Numbered from the stretch's first letter, positions 50,879 to 61,821 are shown. The stretch is DNA of 64,000 nucleotides from an uncultured Chloroflexia bacterium (GCA_963746845.1 CAVVCZ010000004.1:224001-288000), one strand, 5' to 3'. Notes: a model not told the origin generated them from the sequence alone. Translations and numbers: made by a program.

Positions 50879-51865
50879 ATGACGACACCCACCCCGATCC
50901 GCAGCACGATGATCGACACGACCGATCTGCGGCGGACGTTCAAGACCCGGACCGGACCGGTCGAGGCCGTCGCGGGCGTCGACCTCCACGTGGGCGGCGG
51001 CGAGATCTTCGGCTTCCTCGGCCCGAACGGCGCCGGCAAGACGACAACCCTCCGGATGCTGGCGACGCTGATCACGCCGACCGCCGGCGAGGCGACCGTC
51101 GCCGGTGCCGACCTCCGGCGGCAGCCGCAGCTGGTCCGACAGCGGATCGGCTACGTGCCGCAGGGCGGCTCGACCGACCCGGCCGAGACCGGCCGCGGCG
51201 AGCTCGTCCTCCAGGGGCGGCTCTACGGCCTGACGGGCGCCGAGGCGAAGGCCCGTGCGGTCCAGGTCCTCGACGCCCTCGACCTGCAGAGTGCCGCCGA
51301 TCGCCCGACCGGCACGTACTCCGGCGGGATGCGCCGCCGCCTGGACGTCGGGCTGGGCATCGTCCACCGACCGCAGGTGCTGTTCCTGGACGAGCCGACC
51401 ACCGGGCTCGACCCGCAGGCTCGCGCCCGGATGTGGGACGAGATCCGCGCTCTCCGCGAGCTCGGGACGACGGTCTTCCTCACGACCCACTACCTCGAGG
51501 AGGCCGACGCCCTGTGCGATCGCCTCGCGATCATCGACCACGGCCGGATCGTCGCCGAGGGCACGTCCGACCAGCTCAAGCAGAAGGTCGCCGGCGACGT
51601 CGTCACGATCGGCGTCAACGGCGCCGGAGCGTCGGTCCTGACGCTCGTCGAGGCGATGTCGTTCGTCCGCGAGGCCTCCCACGACGACGAGACGGGTCTC
51701 GTGCGGCTGTACGTCGACCATGGCGAGACCGCCGTCCCGCAGCTGCTCCGGAGCCTCGACGCCGCGGGCTTCGCCCCGACCTCGATCTCACTCAACAAGC
51801 CGAGCCTCGACGACGTCTTCCTCCGCCAGACGGGTCGCTCGCTGCGCGAGGAGGAGGCGGCATGA
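50879..51865 (+). CDS. DrrA-like ABC exporter ATP-binding protein
   Basis: GPNGAGKTT, YSGGMRRRLD, FLDEPTTGLDP. Confidence 0.94.
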   Translation: MTTPTPIRSTMIDTTDLRRTFKTRTGPVEAVAGVDLHVGGGEIFGFLGPNGAGKTTTLRMLATLITPTAGEATVAGADLRRQPQLVRQRIGYVPQGGSTDPAETGRGELVLQGRLYGLTGAEAKARAVQVLDALDLQSAADRPTGTYSGGMRRRLDVGLGIVHRPQVLFLDEPTTGLDPQARARMWDEIRALRELGTTVFLTTHYLEEADALCDRLAIIDHGRIVAEGTSDQLKQKVAGDVVTIGVNGAGASVLTLVEAMSFVREASHDDETGLVRLYVDHGETAVPQLLRSLDAAGFAPTSISLNKPSLDDVFLRQTGRSLREEEAA

Positions 51866-51922
51866 CCGCGAACACCGCCGCCCAGAGTCGTCTTCACCTC
51901 CAGCATCGAAAGGACCCCACGC

Positions 51923-52681
51923 ATGCGCGCCGTTCGCGACACCTGGCTGATCTTCCGCCGATCCCTCATCCTCACCATCCGCCAGCCCACCTGGATCGTC
52001 ATCGGGATCATGTATCCCGTCATCTACCTCGTGTTGTTCGGGCCGCTCCTCGATGGCGCGATCAAGGGGGCCGGGGCCGGCGTCAGCGCCTACAACTGGT
52101 TCGTGCCGGGCCTCCTGATCCAGGTCGCCCTGTTCGGAACGGCGTTCGGTGGCTTCGGCCTGATCGCCGAGCTGCGGTACGGCGTCGTCGAGCGGATGCG
52201 GGTGACGCCGATGAGCCGGTCCGCGATGCTCCTGGGCCGGTCGCTCCGGGACGTCGTCATCCTGCTCTTCCAGGCGCTGATCATGATCGGGCTGGCGATC
52301 CCGTTCGGCCTCCACATCGACGTCGCCGGCGTGGCCGTGACGCTCGCGCTGCTCGCCCTGATCGGGCTGGTCGTCGCGCCGCTGTCGTACGCCGCCGCGC
52401 TGATCCTGAAGAGCGAGGACGCGTTCGCGCCGCTCGTCCAGAGCCTCGTGATGCCGCTGCTCCTCCTGTCCGGGATCCTGCTCCCGATGGCGCTCGCTCC
52501 GGACTGGCTCCGGTTCCTGAGCAACCTCAACCCGTTGACGCATGCGACGGACGCCGCCCGGGCGCTGTTCAACAGCGACTGGGGCAACCCGGAGATCCGG
52601 ATCGGTGTCGCGATCACGGCGGCCCTCGCCGCGTTCGCCGTCTGGATCGCGTCGCGGACCTTCGGTCGGGCCAACGCCTGA
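51923..52681 (+). CDS. DrrB-like ABC-2 permease
   Basis: [24 protein letters not shown]. Confidence 0.92.
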   Translation: MRAVRDTWLIFRRSLILTIRQPTWIVIGIMYPVIYLVLFGPLLDGAIKGAGAGVSAYNWFVPGLLIQVALFGTAFGGFGLIAELRYGVVERMRVTPMSRSAMLLGRSLRDVVILLFQALIMIGLAIPFGLHIDVAGVAVTLALLALIGLVVAPLSYAAALILKSEDAFAPLVQSLVMPLLLLSGILLPMALAPDWLRFLSNLNPLTHATDAARALFNSDWGNPEIRIGVAITAALAAFAVWIASRTFGRANA

Positions 52682-52703
52682 TCCGTTCCTTCCCTCTTCC
52701 TCG

Positions 52704-52735
52704 ACGACGCCGGCGCCTGCGGGCGCCGGCGTCGT
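52704..52735 (+). terminator. GC-rich hairpin after the ABC operon
   Basis: ACGACGCCGGCGCC-TGCG-GGCGCCGGCGTCGT. Confidence 0.6.
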
Positions 52736-52760
52736 GCTGTCCGCATGGCACAATCGGCGC

Positions 52761-53165
52761 ATGTCCGACCGCCCGATCAAGGTCCTGATCGCCAAGCCCG
52801 GTCTCGACGGCCATGACCGCGGCGCGAAGGTCCTCGCCCGTGGTCTTCGCGACGAGGGCTTCGAGGTCGTCTACACGGGCCTCCGCCAGACGCCCGAGAT
52901 GATCGCGACCGCGGCCCTCCAGGAGGACGTCGACGTCGTCGGGCTGTCGATCCTGTCCGGCGCGCACATGACGCTCCTCCCGCGGATCACGAAGCTCCTG
53001 AAGGAGCGCGGCCTCGACGACGTCCTGGTGACCGCCGGCGGGATCATCCCCGACGACGACGTGCCCGCCCTGGCGGAGATCGGGGTCGCCCGGGTCTTCG
53101 GGCCGGGGACGACGATCGCCGAGGTCGCCGACTACCTGCGGGCGAACGCGCGTCCGCGCGACTAG
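52761..53165 (+). CDS. icmB: Cobalamin-binding small subunit of acyl-CoA mutase
   Basis: [26 protein letters not shown]. Confidence 0.9.
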   Translation: MSDRPIKVLIAKPGLDGHDRGAKVLARGLRDEGFEVVYTGLRQTPEMIATAALQEDVDVVGLSILSGAHMTLLPRITKLLKERGLDDVLVTAGGIIPDDDVPALAEIGVARVFGPGTTIAEVADYLRANARPRD

Positions 53166-53166
53166 G

Positions 53167-54225
53167 GTGGGGGAGCCGGGCGCCGCGTCCGCGCCGGATG
53201 CCGCGGCCCGGGCCGCGCTCCTCGCCGATGCCGCGATCGCGGGCGATCGGCGGGCCCTTGCCCGGCTGCTGACCGCGGTCGAGAACCGGACGGAGATCGC
53301 GGAGCCGGCGCTGCGGATCCTCTATCCGCGGGCCGGCAATGCCCACGTCGTCGGGATCACCGGCCCGCCCGGCGCCGGCAAGTCGACGCTCGTGGCCGCG
53401 CTGATCGGCGAGGTTCGGGCGGCCGGGCGGTCGGTCGCGGTCGTGGCGGTGGACCCGTCGTCTCCGATCACCGGCGGGGCGCTCCTCGGTGACCGGGTCC
53501 GGATGCAGAGCCACGCGGGCGACGACGGCGTGTTCATCCGGTCGATGGCCGCGCGGGGCCACGCCGGCGGTCTGGCCTCGACGACCGGCGCCGCCGCCGC
53601 CGTCCTCGACGCGGTCGGGTTCGACCTGGTGCTCGTCGAGACGGTCGGGACCGGCCAGAGCGAGGTCGAGGTCGCCGCGGCCGCCGACACGACCGTCGTT
53701 CTCGAGGCGCCCGAGATGGGCGACGAGGTCCAGGCGATCAAGGCCGGGCTGCTCGAGGTCGCCGACCTCGTCGTCGTCAACAAGGGCGACAAGCCCGGTG
53801 CCCAACGAACGGCCGCTCAGCTGCGGGCGATGCTGGTCGCCGGGGGTGGGCCGGCGGCCGGCGGACGTGACGCGGGATCCACGCCCGAACGGCCCCGGCC
53901 GAAGCGACCCGAGGTCCTGATCACGACGGCGGCGACCGGCGCCGGCGTCCCCGAGCTGCTCGCGGCGCTGGACCGGCATCGCGCGGCGCTGACTCCGGAC
54001 GTCGCCGCGGAGGCGCGGCTCGCCCGGGCGGAGGCCCAGGTCTGGGCGATCGTGGCCGACCGGCTCCGTGACCGGCTCCACGACCCGGCCGTGCGCGACG
54101 GGACGCGCGACACCCTCGCCGCCGTGGCGGCCCACCGGCTCGATCCGTACGCCGCCGCTGACGAGCTCCTGGCCCGGGTGGCGGGAGCCCGCGACCATCA
54201 CGCGCCCGACCGGACGCGGCGCTAG
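53167..54225 (+). CDS. meaB: Mutase-associated GTPase
   Basis: GITGPPGAGKST, AVDPSS...GDRVRM, ETVGTGQSE, VNKGD. Confidence 0.93.
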   Translation: MGEPGAASAPDAAARAALLADAAIAGDRRALARLLTAVENRTEIAEPALRILYPRAGNAHVVGITGPPGAGKSTLVAALIGEVRAAGRSVAVVAVDPSSPITGGALLGDRVRMQSHAGDDGVFIRSMAARGHAGGLASTTGAAAAVLDAVGFDLVLVETVGTGQSEVEVAAAADTTVVLEAPEMGDEVQAIKAGLLEVADLVVVNKGDKPGAQRTAAQLRAMLVAGGGPAAGGRDAGSTPERPRPKRPEVLITTAATGAGVPELLAALDRHRAALTPDVAAEARLARAEAQVWAIVADRLRDRLHDPAVRDGTRDTLAAVAAHRLDPYAAADELLARVAGARDHHAPDRTRR

Positions 54226-54234
54226 GCTGGGCCG

Positions 54235-55098
54235 ATGCGGCTCGATCGGACGTTCGTCGCGGGCGCCGGCCTGATGGGCCACGGGATCGCCCAGGCGCTC
54301 GCCGCCACCGGCCGCCAGGTCACGCTCTACGAGCCGGACCTCGTCCGGGCGAACGCCGGCCGCGACCGGATCGCCGACAACCTCGCGCGGTCTGTCGCCA
54401 AGGGCCGGCTGACGGAGCACGACCGGGAGGCCATCCTCGAGCGGATCCGGCCGACGAACGAGATGGCGGGCGCCCGGGATGCAGCCCTCGTGGTCGAGGC
54501 GGTCTTCGAGGATGTCGCCGTCAAGACCGTGCTGTGGTCCGGGCTGGACGGGCTCGCGCCCGCCCACGCGATCTTCGCGACCAATACGTCGTCGATCTCG
54601 ATCGACCGGCTCGCCGACGCAGTCGAGCCCGACCGGCGCGCCCGGTTCATCGGCATGCACTTCTTCAGCCCCGTTCCGGTGATGCCGCTGATCGAGGTGG
54701 TCCGCGGGGCGGCGACGAGCGACGCCACGGACGGCGCCGTCCGCGATCTGGCGGCCGACATGGGCAAGCAGGTCATCGTCTCCGCGGACCGGCCCGGCTT
54801 CATCGTCAATCGGATCCTCATGCCGTTCCTCGCCGAGGCGATGCGCGCCTACGAGCAGGACGTGGCCACCGCCGAGGACATCGACGCGGGCGCCCGGCTC
54901 GGGCTCAACCACCCGATGGGGCCGCTCGAGCTCGCCGACTTCATCGGCCTCGACGTCTGCCTCGGGATCATGGAGATCCTCGACGAAGGGTTCGGGCGGG
55001 ACCAGTTCGTTCCGCCGGCGATCCTCCGGAGCCTGGTCGAGGCGGGCCACCTCGGCCGGAAGACGGGTCGCGGGTTCCACGTCTATCCACGGCCCTGA
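54235..55098 (+). CDS. hbd: 3-hydroxyacyl(butyryl)-CoA dehydrogenase
   Basis: GAGLMGHGIA, TNTSSISI, GMHFFSPV, PGFIVNR, HPMGPL. Confidence 0.9.
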   Translation: MRLDRTFVAGAGLMGHGIAQALAATGRQVTLYEPDLVRANAGRDRIADNLARSVAKGRLTEHDREAILERIRPTNEMAGARDAALVVEAVFEDVAVKTVLWSGLDGLAPAHAIFATNTSSISIDRLADAVEPDRRARFIGMHFFSPVPVMPLIEVVRGAATSDATDGAVRDLAADMGKQVIVSADRPGFIVNRILMPFLAEAMRAYEQDVATAEDIDAGARLGLNHPMGPLELADFIGLDVCLGIMEILDEGFGRDQFVPPAILRSLVEAGHLGRKTGRGFHVYPRP

Positions 55099-55125
55099 CG
55101 GCCGGCGGCGACGTCCTCGGGTCCG

Positions 55126-58100
55126 CTAGCCCTCGGGGGCCAGGACGAGCGCCCGGACCGTCGCGTCGACCGTGGCGATGTCGAACGGCTTGGCGAGGAG
55201 CTGCACGCCGCGGGCCGTCGCGAAGTCGCGCAGCTCCGGGTTCAGGACGTCGCCGCTCATGAACGCGAACCGCCGGCCGAGGGACGGGTCGATCTCGACG
55301 ACCAAGGCGTGGAACTCGGTGCCGGTCATGCCGGCCATCCGGTGGTCGCACAGGATCGCGGTCGGTGGGTCGGACCGGACGATGTCGAGCGCGGCGACCC
55401 CCGTCGAGGCCAGCACCGGCTCGTAGCCGGACCGCGACAGGACGCGAGCGAGAAACTCGCGGATCGCGGGCTCGTCGTCGAGGACGAGGATCCGGGGGCC
55501 GGTCGTGGCGCCGGCGTCGTCGCGTCGGCGGAGGTCGTCCAGGGCGAGATCGTCGGCCGTCCCGACGGCGGCGTCGCCCGATCCATTCGATCCGTCCGAT
55601 CCGTCGGACGCGTCCGCCGGCGGACCGTCGGCCGGCGCGGGGCGGCCGACCGGCAGCTCGATCACGAACGTCGCCCCACCGTCGGCGTTCGGCTCGTGGT
55701 GGATCGACCCGCCATGGGCCGCGACGATCCCGAACGACACGGACAGCCCGAGACCCGTCCCGGAGCCCGGCGGCTTCGTCGTCACGAACGGCATGAACAG
55801 CCGGTCGAGGACCTCGGCGGGGATGCCCGGACCGTCGTCGGCGATCGTGATCCGGACGACCCTGCCGGCATTCCGCCCCTCGACCCGCGCCCGGATCGTG
55901 AGCCGGCCGGGTCGTCCGGCTTCGCGGACGGCCTGGGCCGCGTTGACCGTCAGGTTGACGAGGACCTGCTGGAACTGCGATCGGTCGACCGACAGCGTCG
56001 GCAGGTCGGCGGGGATGTCGATCTCGACCGTCAGGCGGTCGCGTGTCAGCAGGTACGACTGGAGGCCGAGCACGCTGTCGACCAGCGGGCGCAGCTCCGT
56101 CTCGACCCGCTCGGGCGGCCGCTGCCGGGCGAAGTCGAGCAGGTTGCCGACGATCGTCCGCGTCCGGTTCGCCTCCTGGACGAGGAGGTCCGCCTGGGTC
56201 CGCAGGTCGGGCGGCAGGCGGGGATCGGACCGGATGAGCTGACTGAATGCGACGATCGAGGCCAGCGGGTTGTTCAGCTCGTGCGCGACGCCGGCCACGA
56301 GCAGCCCGATCGCGTCCATCTTCTGGGCCTGGACGAGCTCCGCCTGGAGGCGGCTCCGATCGGTCAGGTCGCGCACGATCGCGAGCATCCGCGGCTCGCC
56401 GTCGAGCTCGATCCGGCGGACGTCGACCTCCTCGGGGAACGTCGAGCCGTCGAGCCGGTGGCCGATGCCCGTGTAGTGCGCCACGCCGTCCTCGTCGACG
56501 GTCGTCGTGTCCTCGTCGTCGCTCACGAGCTCGTCGACGCTGTGGCCGATCAGGTCGTCGCCGTACAGCCGCCGCGCGGCCGGGTTCGCGTCGAGCACGA
56601 CGCGGTCCAGGGACTGCACGACGAGGGCATCCGGCGACGCCTCGAAGAGCTCCCGGTAGCGGCGCTCGCTGGCCTCCGCTCCTTCGCGGAGCCGGCGGTT
56701 GGCGAACGAGATGTCGAGGACGCGGCCGATCGCATCGAGGGTGCGGGTGTCCAGCTCCAGCTCGTCCACGGTCTCGCGGAAGACCGAGTAGACGATCCCG
56801 ACGAGGCGGTCCTCCTCCCGGATGGCGAACGCCGCCACGGAGCGGAACCCATCCTCCACCGCGGTCCTGCTGCCGGCGGTCGTGACCGTCGCCGAGGTGA
56901 TCGGCAGGAGGACCGAGTGCCCGCCCGCGATCAGGCTCGCGGCGACCGGCAGGGTCGAGAGCGGCCGGGCCATCAGCGGCTCGATCCGCGCCGGATCCAG
57001 GTTCGCGACCGCGATCGGGCGGAGGTGGTCGCCCTCGACCTGCCCGAGGACCGACCCGGCCGCGCCGATCACCGCGTTGATCTCGGCGAGCAGGCCGTCG
57101 AGCGGGCGCTCCTCGGCCGGAGCCACCGTCGGGAGGCGGGTGAGCTCGACGAGCGCCCGCATCCGGCGGGTGAGCAGCCGCTCCTCCTCGAGCCCGCGCT
57201 CGACGATCGCGATGAGCCGGGCGTTCTCGAGCGCGGCCGCGATCAGGGCAGCGGACTGGCGGAGGACGGCCGTCGACGGCTCCGTCCGGACCTCGCGGCG
57301 CCAGCCGAGGGCGATCGCCCCGATCAGCTCCCCGGACACGTGGAGGCCGAAGACCATCAGATGCCGGAGGCCGTCCGCGGCGATCGCGGCCCGGACGTCC
57401 TCCGGGAGCGAGACGGTGTCGACGTCCCCGCTGATGAACGCGTCGGGCGAGCGCAGCGCATCGACGACGGCCGCATCGGGCTCGCCCGACGCCTCGATCG
57501 CCCGGATCGTCTCTGGCCGGAGGCCGTGCGCCGCGATCGCCTCGTACGTTCCCTCTGCCGAGATCACCGCGCCCGCGTCCGCGCCGATCGCTCGACCGAC
57601 GATGTCGAGCGCCGCGTCCGCGACCTCGGCGACGCTCCTGGCACGGCCGGTTGCGGCCACGAGGGTGGCCAGCGCCGCCATCTCGGCCTCGAGGCGGGCG
57701 CTGGCGGTGACGTCACGGTTCGTGACGAGCATCCGGGGCGCCGGTTGGTCCGGGTCGTGGACGAAGATCGTCGTCGTGTCGACGATCAGCTCGGTGCCGG
57801 CGAGCGGGCCGCGTTGGATCCGCTGGACGATCCGGCCGCTCCAGAACCCCGTCCGGGCGAGGGTCGGACGGATGATCCGGCCGACGACGTCCGGTTGGCC
57901 GGGCATCTCGACCGAGAGGCTCTTCCGGAGGTTGACGCCGACCGCGTCGGCTGCCGGGATGCCATAGAGACGCTCCGCGGCCGCGTTCCACGCGAGGACG
58001 GTCAGGTCGGCATCGAGGAGGCCGATCGCGTCCTGCGAGGCATGGATCGCCTCGGCGGCACTGCCGGGGCCGAGGACCGGTCCATCGTCCGGCTCGGGCT

Positions 58101-58152
58101 CGCTCGTCGGGGCGGCTCGCCGCCCGGCGGCCGCCGGTTCGTGGTCGGACAC
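55126..58152 (-). CDS. Cytoplasmic hybrid histidine kinase (PAS-GAF-GAF-PAS-HisKA-HATPase-REC)
   Basis: WNAAAERLYG, QAQKMDAIGLLVAGVAHELNNPL, GTGLGLSV, ILVLDDE...KPF; TAGGAT-N7-GTG start context. Confidence 0.9.
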   Translation of the reverse strand: MSDHEPAAAGRRAAPTSEPEPDDGPVLGPGSAAEAIHASQDAIGLLDADLTVLAWNAAAERLYGIPAADAVGVNLRKSLSVEMPGQPDVVGRIIRPTLARTGFWSGRIVQRIQRGPLAGTELIVDTTTIFVHDPDQPAPRMLVTNRDVTASARLEAEMAALATLVAATGRARSVAEVADAALDIVGRAIGADAGAVISAEGTYEAIAAHGLRPETIRAIEASGEPDAAVVDALRSPDAFISGDVDTVSLPEDVRAAIAADGLRHLMVFGLHVSGELIGAIALGWRREVRTEPSTAVLRQSAALIAAALENARLIAIVERGLEEERLLTRRMRALVELTRLPTVAPAEERPLDGLLAEINAVIGAAGSVLGQVEGDHLRPIAVANLDPARIEPLMARPLSTLPVAASLIAGGHSVLLPITSATVTTAGSRTAVEDGFRSVAAFAIREEDRLVGIVYSVFRETVDELELDTRTLDAIGRVLDISFANRRLREGAEASERRYRELFEASPDALVVQSLDRVVLDANPAARRLYGDDLIGHSVDELVSDDEDTTTVDEDGVAHYTGIGHRLDGSTFPEEVDVRRIELDGEPRMLAIVRDLTDRSRLQAELVQAQKMDAIGLLVAGVAHELNNPLASIVAFSQLIRSDPRLPPDLRTQADLLVQEANRTRTIVGNLLDFARQRPPERVETELRPLVDSVLGLQSYLLTRDRLTVEIDIPADLPTLSVDRSQFQQVLVNLTVNAAQAVREAGRPGRLTIRARVEGRNAGRVVRITIADDGPGIPAEVLDRLFMPFVTTKPPGSGTGLGLSVSFGIVAAHGGSIHHEPNADGGATFVIELPVGRPAPADGPPADASDGSDGSNGSGDAAVGTADDLALDDLRRRDDAGATTGPRILVLDDEPAIREFLARVLSRSGYEPVLASTGVAALDIVRSDPPTAILCDHRMAGMTGTEFHALVVEIDPSLGRRFAFMSGDVLNPELRDFATARGVQLLAKPFDIATVDATVRALVLAPEG

Positions 58153-58177
58153 GCCCGGTATCCTACGCTGGCCGTCC

Positions 58178-59392
58178 GTGGCGCCCGGGAACGCGGGCCG
58201 TGCGGCGCGCGAGGAGGACGGATCGCTGAGCTGGCCGCTGACGGACGAGGAACGGCTCCTCCGCGACACGGCCCGCGAGTTCGCCCGCCGGGCGATCGCC
58301 CCGACGGCGATCGAGCGCGACGAGGCAGAGCGGTTCGATCGCACGATCTTCACCGGCATGGGCGAGCTGGGGCTGGCGGGCGCGCCGCTCCCGGAGTCGG
58401 TCGGCGGCTCCGGGTTCAGCTACGTCGGCTGGTCGCTCGTCATGGAGGAGATCGGCGCGGTCGACCTGGCGTCGGCCGTCACCCTGTCGGTCCACATCCT
58501 GTCGCAGTACCCCGTGGTGACCTGGGGCACGCCCGACCAGCAGGCCCGCTGGCTGGCCCCGATGGTGACTGGCGAGGCGCTCGGGGCATTCGCGCTGACG
58601 GAACCGCACGCGGGATCCGATGCCGCGGCGATCCGGACGCGCGCGGAGCGGGTGGGGCCGGCCGATTCGCCCGAGGGGTACCGCCTCACAGGGACGAAGA
58701 TCTGGATCACGAACGCCCCCGAGGCCGACCGCTACCTGGTGTTCGCGGTCGTCGACCCGTCGCTCGGGTCGAAGGGGATCGGCGCGTTCCTCGTCGAGAA
58801 GGGGATGGCCGGGTTCACGTTCGGTGCCCACGAGAAGAAGATGGGGATCCGGGCGTGTCCGGCCGCGGAGCTCGTGTTCGAGTCGTGCTTCGTCCCTGTC
58901 GCGAACCGGCTCGGGGCGGAGGGCGACGGATACCGGATCGCCCTCTCGGCGCTGGCGGAGGGCCGGATCTCGATCGCGGCCGCGTGCGTGGGGCTGGCGC
59001 GCTCCGGGCTGGAGGCGGCGGCGGCCTATCTCCGGCAGCGGAAGGCGTTCGGCGGCGTGCTCGCCGAGCAGCAGGGCCTGCGGTTCATGGTCGCGGAGCT
59101 GGCACGGGACGTCGAGGCGGCACGGGCGCTGACCCGCCAGGCGGCGGCGATGAAGGACCGGGGCGAGCCGATCGGGGTCGCCGCGTCGCTGGCGAAGTGG
59201 ACGGCCTCGGACACGGCGATGCGCGTGGCGACGGACGCCGTCCAGCTGTTCGGGGCGAGCGGGTATTCGCGCGAGACGGGCATCGAGCGGCTGATGCGCG
59301 ACGCGAAGGGCGCCCAGATCTATGAGGGCACGAACCAGATCCACCGCGGGATCGTGGCGGACTCGGTGTTCGAGGGGCTGCCGCCCGAGTAG
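58178..59392 (+). CDS. Short/branched-chain acyl-CoA dehydrogenase
   Basis: FALTEPHAGSD, GTKIWITN, QLFGASGY, IYEGTNQI. Confidence 0.92.
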   Translation: MAPGNAGRAAREEDGSLSWPLTDEERLLRDTAREFARRAIAPTAIERDEAERFDRTIFTGMGELGLAGAPLPESVGGSGFSYVGWSLVMEEIGAVDLASAVTLSVHILSQYPVVTWGTPDQQARWLAPMVTGEALGAFALTEPHAGSDAAAIRTRAERVGPADSPEGYRLTGTKIWITNAPEADRYLVFAVVDPSLGSKGIGAFLVEKGMAGFTFGAHEKKMGIRACPAAELVFESCFVPVANRLGAEGDGYRIALSALAEGRISIAAACVGLARSGLEAAAAYLRQRKAFGGVLAEQQGLRFMVAELARDVEAARALTRQAAAMKDRGEPIGVAASLAKWTASDTAMRVATDAVQLFGASGYSRETGIERLMRDAKGAQIYEGTNQIHRGIVADSVFEGLPPE

Positions 59393-59446
59393 CGCACGCG
59401 GCGTTCCTCACCTGAGCCGGGCTGCGCGGACGTGTAGATTCGCGGC

Positions 59447-60985
59447 ATGACCGACCTCGCCACGCCGAGCTCCCGGGACTCCTCGTCCGTCGCAGCCGCC
59501 CCGCCCACCTTCCGCCACTTCATCGCCGGGGAGTGGTGCGAATCCACGTCCGGCGCCACGTTCGAGAGCCGGAACCCCGCCGACACGCGCGACGTGATCG
59601 GCCGGTTCCAGCAGGGGACCCCCGCGGACGTCGCCATGGCGATCCGTGCGGCCGACGTCGCGGGGGGGATGTGGCGCCGGACGCCGGCCCCGAAGCGCGG
59701 CGAGATCCTCTACCGCTTCGGCGCCCTGATGGCCGAGCACAAGGAGCGCCTGGCCCGGGCGATGACGCGCGAGATGGGCAAGGTCCTCGCGGAGGCCCGC
59801 GGCGACGTCCAGGAGGGCATCGACATCGCGTTCCTGATGGCCGGCGAAGGCCGTCGGATGTTCGGCGACACCGTGCCGTCCGAGCTGCCCGACAAGTGGG
59901 CGATGAGCATCCGCGAGCCGATCGGCGTGGCCGGGATCATCACGCCCTGGAACTTCCCGATCGCCATCCCGTGCTGGAAGTCGATGCCGGCCCTCGTCGC
60001 AGGCAACACCGTCGTCTTCAAGCCGTCGAGCGACACGCCCCACTGCGCCACGCTCCTCGTCGAGCTGATGGCCGAGGCCGGCTTCCCGGCCGGAACGATC
60101 AACCTGGTCACGGGCGCCGGCGCCGAGGTCGGGAACGCGATCGTCGACAACCCGGACGTCCAGGTCGTGTCGTTCACCGGCTCGTCGGACACGGGCCGTC
60201 TCCTCGCCGAGCGCGCCGGGCGGAAGCTGAAGCGCCTCAGCCTGGAGCTGGGCGGCAAGAACGCGATCGTCGTCATGGCCGACGCCGACCTCGACCTCGC
60301 CACCGACGGGATCACCTGGTCGGCCTTCGGGACCACCGGCCAGCGCTGCACGGCGGCGAGCCGGGTGATCGTGGAGCGCGCGGCCGTCGAGCCGCTGCTG
60401 GAGCGTCTCGAACGACGGGCGCGCACCCTCAGGCTCGGGTCAGGGCTGGACGAGACCGTCGACGTCGGGCCGTTGATCAACCCGGCCGCCGTCGACAAGG
60501 TCGGACGCTACGTCGAGATCGGGCGAGGGGAGGGCGAGCTGATCCTGGGCGGCGAACCGGCCCGCGACGGCGCCCTCGCCAACGGCCACTTCTTTGCGCC
60601 GACGATCTTCCGCGACATCGCGCCGATGGATCGGCTGGCCCAGGAGGAGATCTTCGGGCCGGTGCTGTCGGTCATCCCCGTCGACGACTACTCGTCGGCC
60701 GTCACGGCGGTCAACCAGACGAAGTACGGCCTGAGCTCGTCGATCTTCACCTCGGACGCGAACACCGCGTTCCGGGCGATGCGCGACTTCGAGACCGGCA
60801 TCGTCTACGTCAACGCGGGCACGACCGGCGCCGAGACGCACCTCCCGTTCGGCGGCTGGAAGGAGACCGGCAACGGTCACCGCGAGGCGGGTCACGCGGC
60901 GCTCGACACGTTCACCGAGTGGAAGTCGATCTACGTCGACTTCAGCGGCAGGCTCCAGCGGGCACAGATCGACAACCAGGAGTGA
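59447..60985 (+). CDS. Aldehyde dehydrogenase
   Basis: ITPWNFP, FTGS, LELGGKN, GQRCT, EEIFGP. Confidence 0.95.
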   Translation: MTDLATPSSRDSSSVAAAPPTFRHFIAGEWCESTSGATFESRNPADTRDVIGRFQQGTPADVAMAIRAADVAGGMWRRTPAPKRGEILYRFGALMAEHKERLARAMTREMGKVLAEARGDVQEGIDIAFLMAGEGRRMFGDTVPSELPDKWAMSIREPIGVAGIITPWNFPIAIPCWKSMPALVAGNTVVFKPSSDTPHCATLLVELMAEAGFPAGTINLVTGAGAEVGNAIVDNPDVQVVSFTGSSDTGRLLAERAGRKLKRLSLELGGKNAIVVMADADLDLATDGITWSAFGTTGQRCTAASRVIVERAAVEPLLERLERRARTLRLGSGLDETVDVGPLINPAAVDKVGRYVEIGRGEGELILGGEPARDGALANGHFFAPTIFRDIAPMDRLAQEEIFGPVLSVIPVDDYSSAVTAVNQTKYGLSSSIFTSDANTAFRAMRDFETGIVYVNAGTTGAETHLPFGGWKETGNGHREAGHAALDTFTEWKSIYVDFSGRLQRAQIDNQE

Positions 60986-61485
60986 GCGCCACCCCGCCCG
61001 CGATCGAGATCCGGCCCGTCACGCTCGACGATCTCGAGGTCCTGATCGACATCTACCTCGACACCGCCATCCACCACGCGGCGATCGATCCGGAAGTGTT
61101 CCGGATTCCGGCGCGCGACGACGTTGCGGTCCGCCTGCGGCATCGCATCGAAGGCCGTGGCGACACCGCCGAATACGTGGCCGCGATGCTCGACGGCGTC
61201 ATGGTCGGCTCCGCGTCGGTCGACCTCGAGGAGCCGCCCAGTCCGGGCAACATGTTCCGGGCCGTGCCCACGGCCGAGTTCGGCGTGTCGGTCGTGGACG
61301 GCTACCGCGGTCGGGGGATCGGCCGGGCCCTGATCGGCCACCTCGAGGGCTGGGCCGCGGATCACGGGGTCGAGCGGATGGTCCTGAACGTCGCCGAGGC
61401 GAACGTGGACGCGATCCGGCTGTATCACGCCCTCGGCTACCAGGACTACGACCGGGCGATGCGCAAGGACCTCCGACGCCCGTGA
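60982..61485 (+). CDS. GNAT N-acetyltransferase
   Basis: YRGRGIGRAL, AIRLYHALGY. Confidence 0.88.
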   Translation: MSATPPAIEIRPVTLDDLEVLIDIYLDTAIHHAAIDPEVFRIPARDDVAVRLRHRIEGRGDTAEYVAAMLDGVMVGSASVDLEEPPSPGNMFRAVPTAEFGVSVVDGYRGRGIGRALIGHLEGWAADHGVERMVLNVAEANVDAIRLYHALGYQDYDRAMRKDLRRP

Positions 61486-61817
61486 CCTTCGACGACGTCC
61501 GGCGGATCGCGCTCGGGCTGCCGGAGGTGGAGGAGCGCGTGACGTGGGAGACAGACATCACGTTCCGCGTCCGCGACCGGATCTTCGCGATCGGCGGCGA
61601 CGGGAGCGACCGGGTCTCGATCAAGGCGAGCCTCGAGACGCAGGCGGAGCTGGTCGAGCTGGACCCCGAGACCTTCGCCCCGTCGGCGTATGTCGGCCGG
61701 TTCGGCTGGGTGACGGTGGTGCTTGGGCGAATCGACGAGGACCTGCTCACGAGCCTCCTCCGGGAGGCGTGGCGACGGACGGCACCGAAGAAGCTCGGAG
61801 CGACCCTGGAGGGGTGA
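61482..61817 (+). CDS. MmcQ/YjbR family protein
   Basis: RIALGLPEVEE, FRVRDRIFA, YVGRFGWV, LREAWRRTAPK. Confidence 0.88.
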   Translation: MTFDDVRRIALGLPEVEERVTWETDITFRVRDRIFAIGGDGSDRVSIKASLETQAELVELDPETFAPSAYVGRFGWVTVVLGRIDEDLLTSLLREAWRRTAPKKLGATLEG

Positions 61818-61821
61818 AGGA

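Noticed and set aside
55575-55615. Short GATCCGTC-like repeats
   Set aside because: They encode a low-complexity SDG/SNG linker inside the hybrid kinase.
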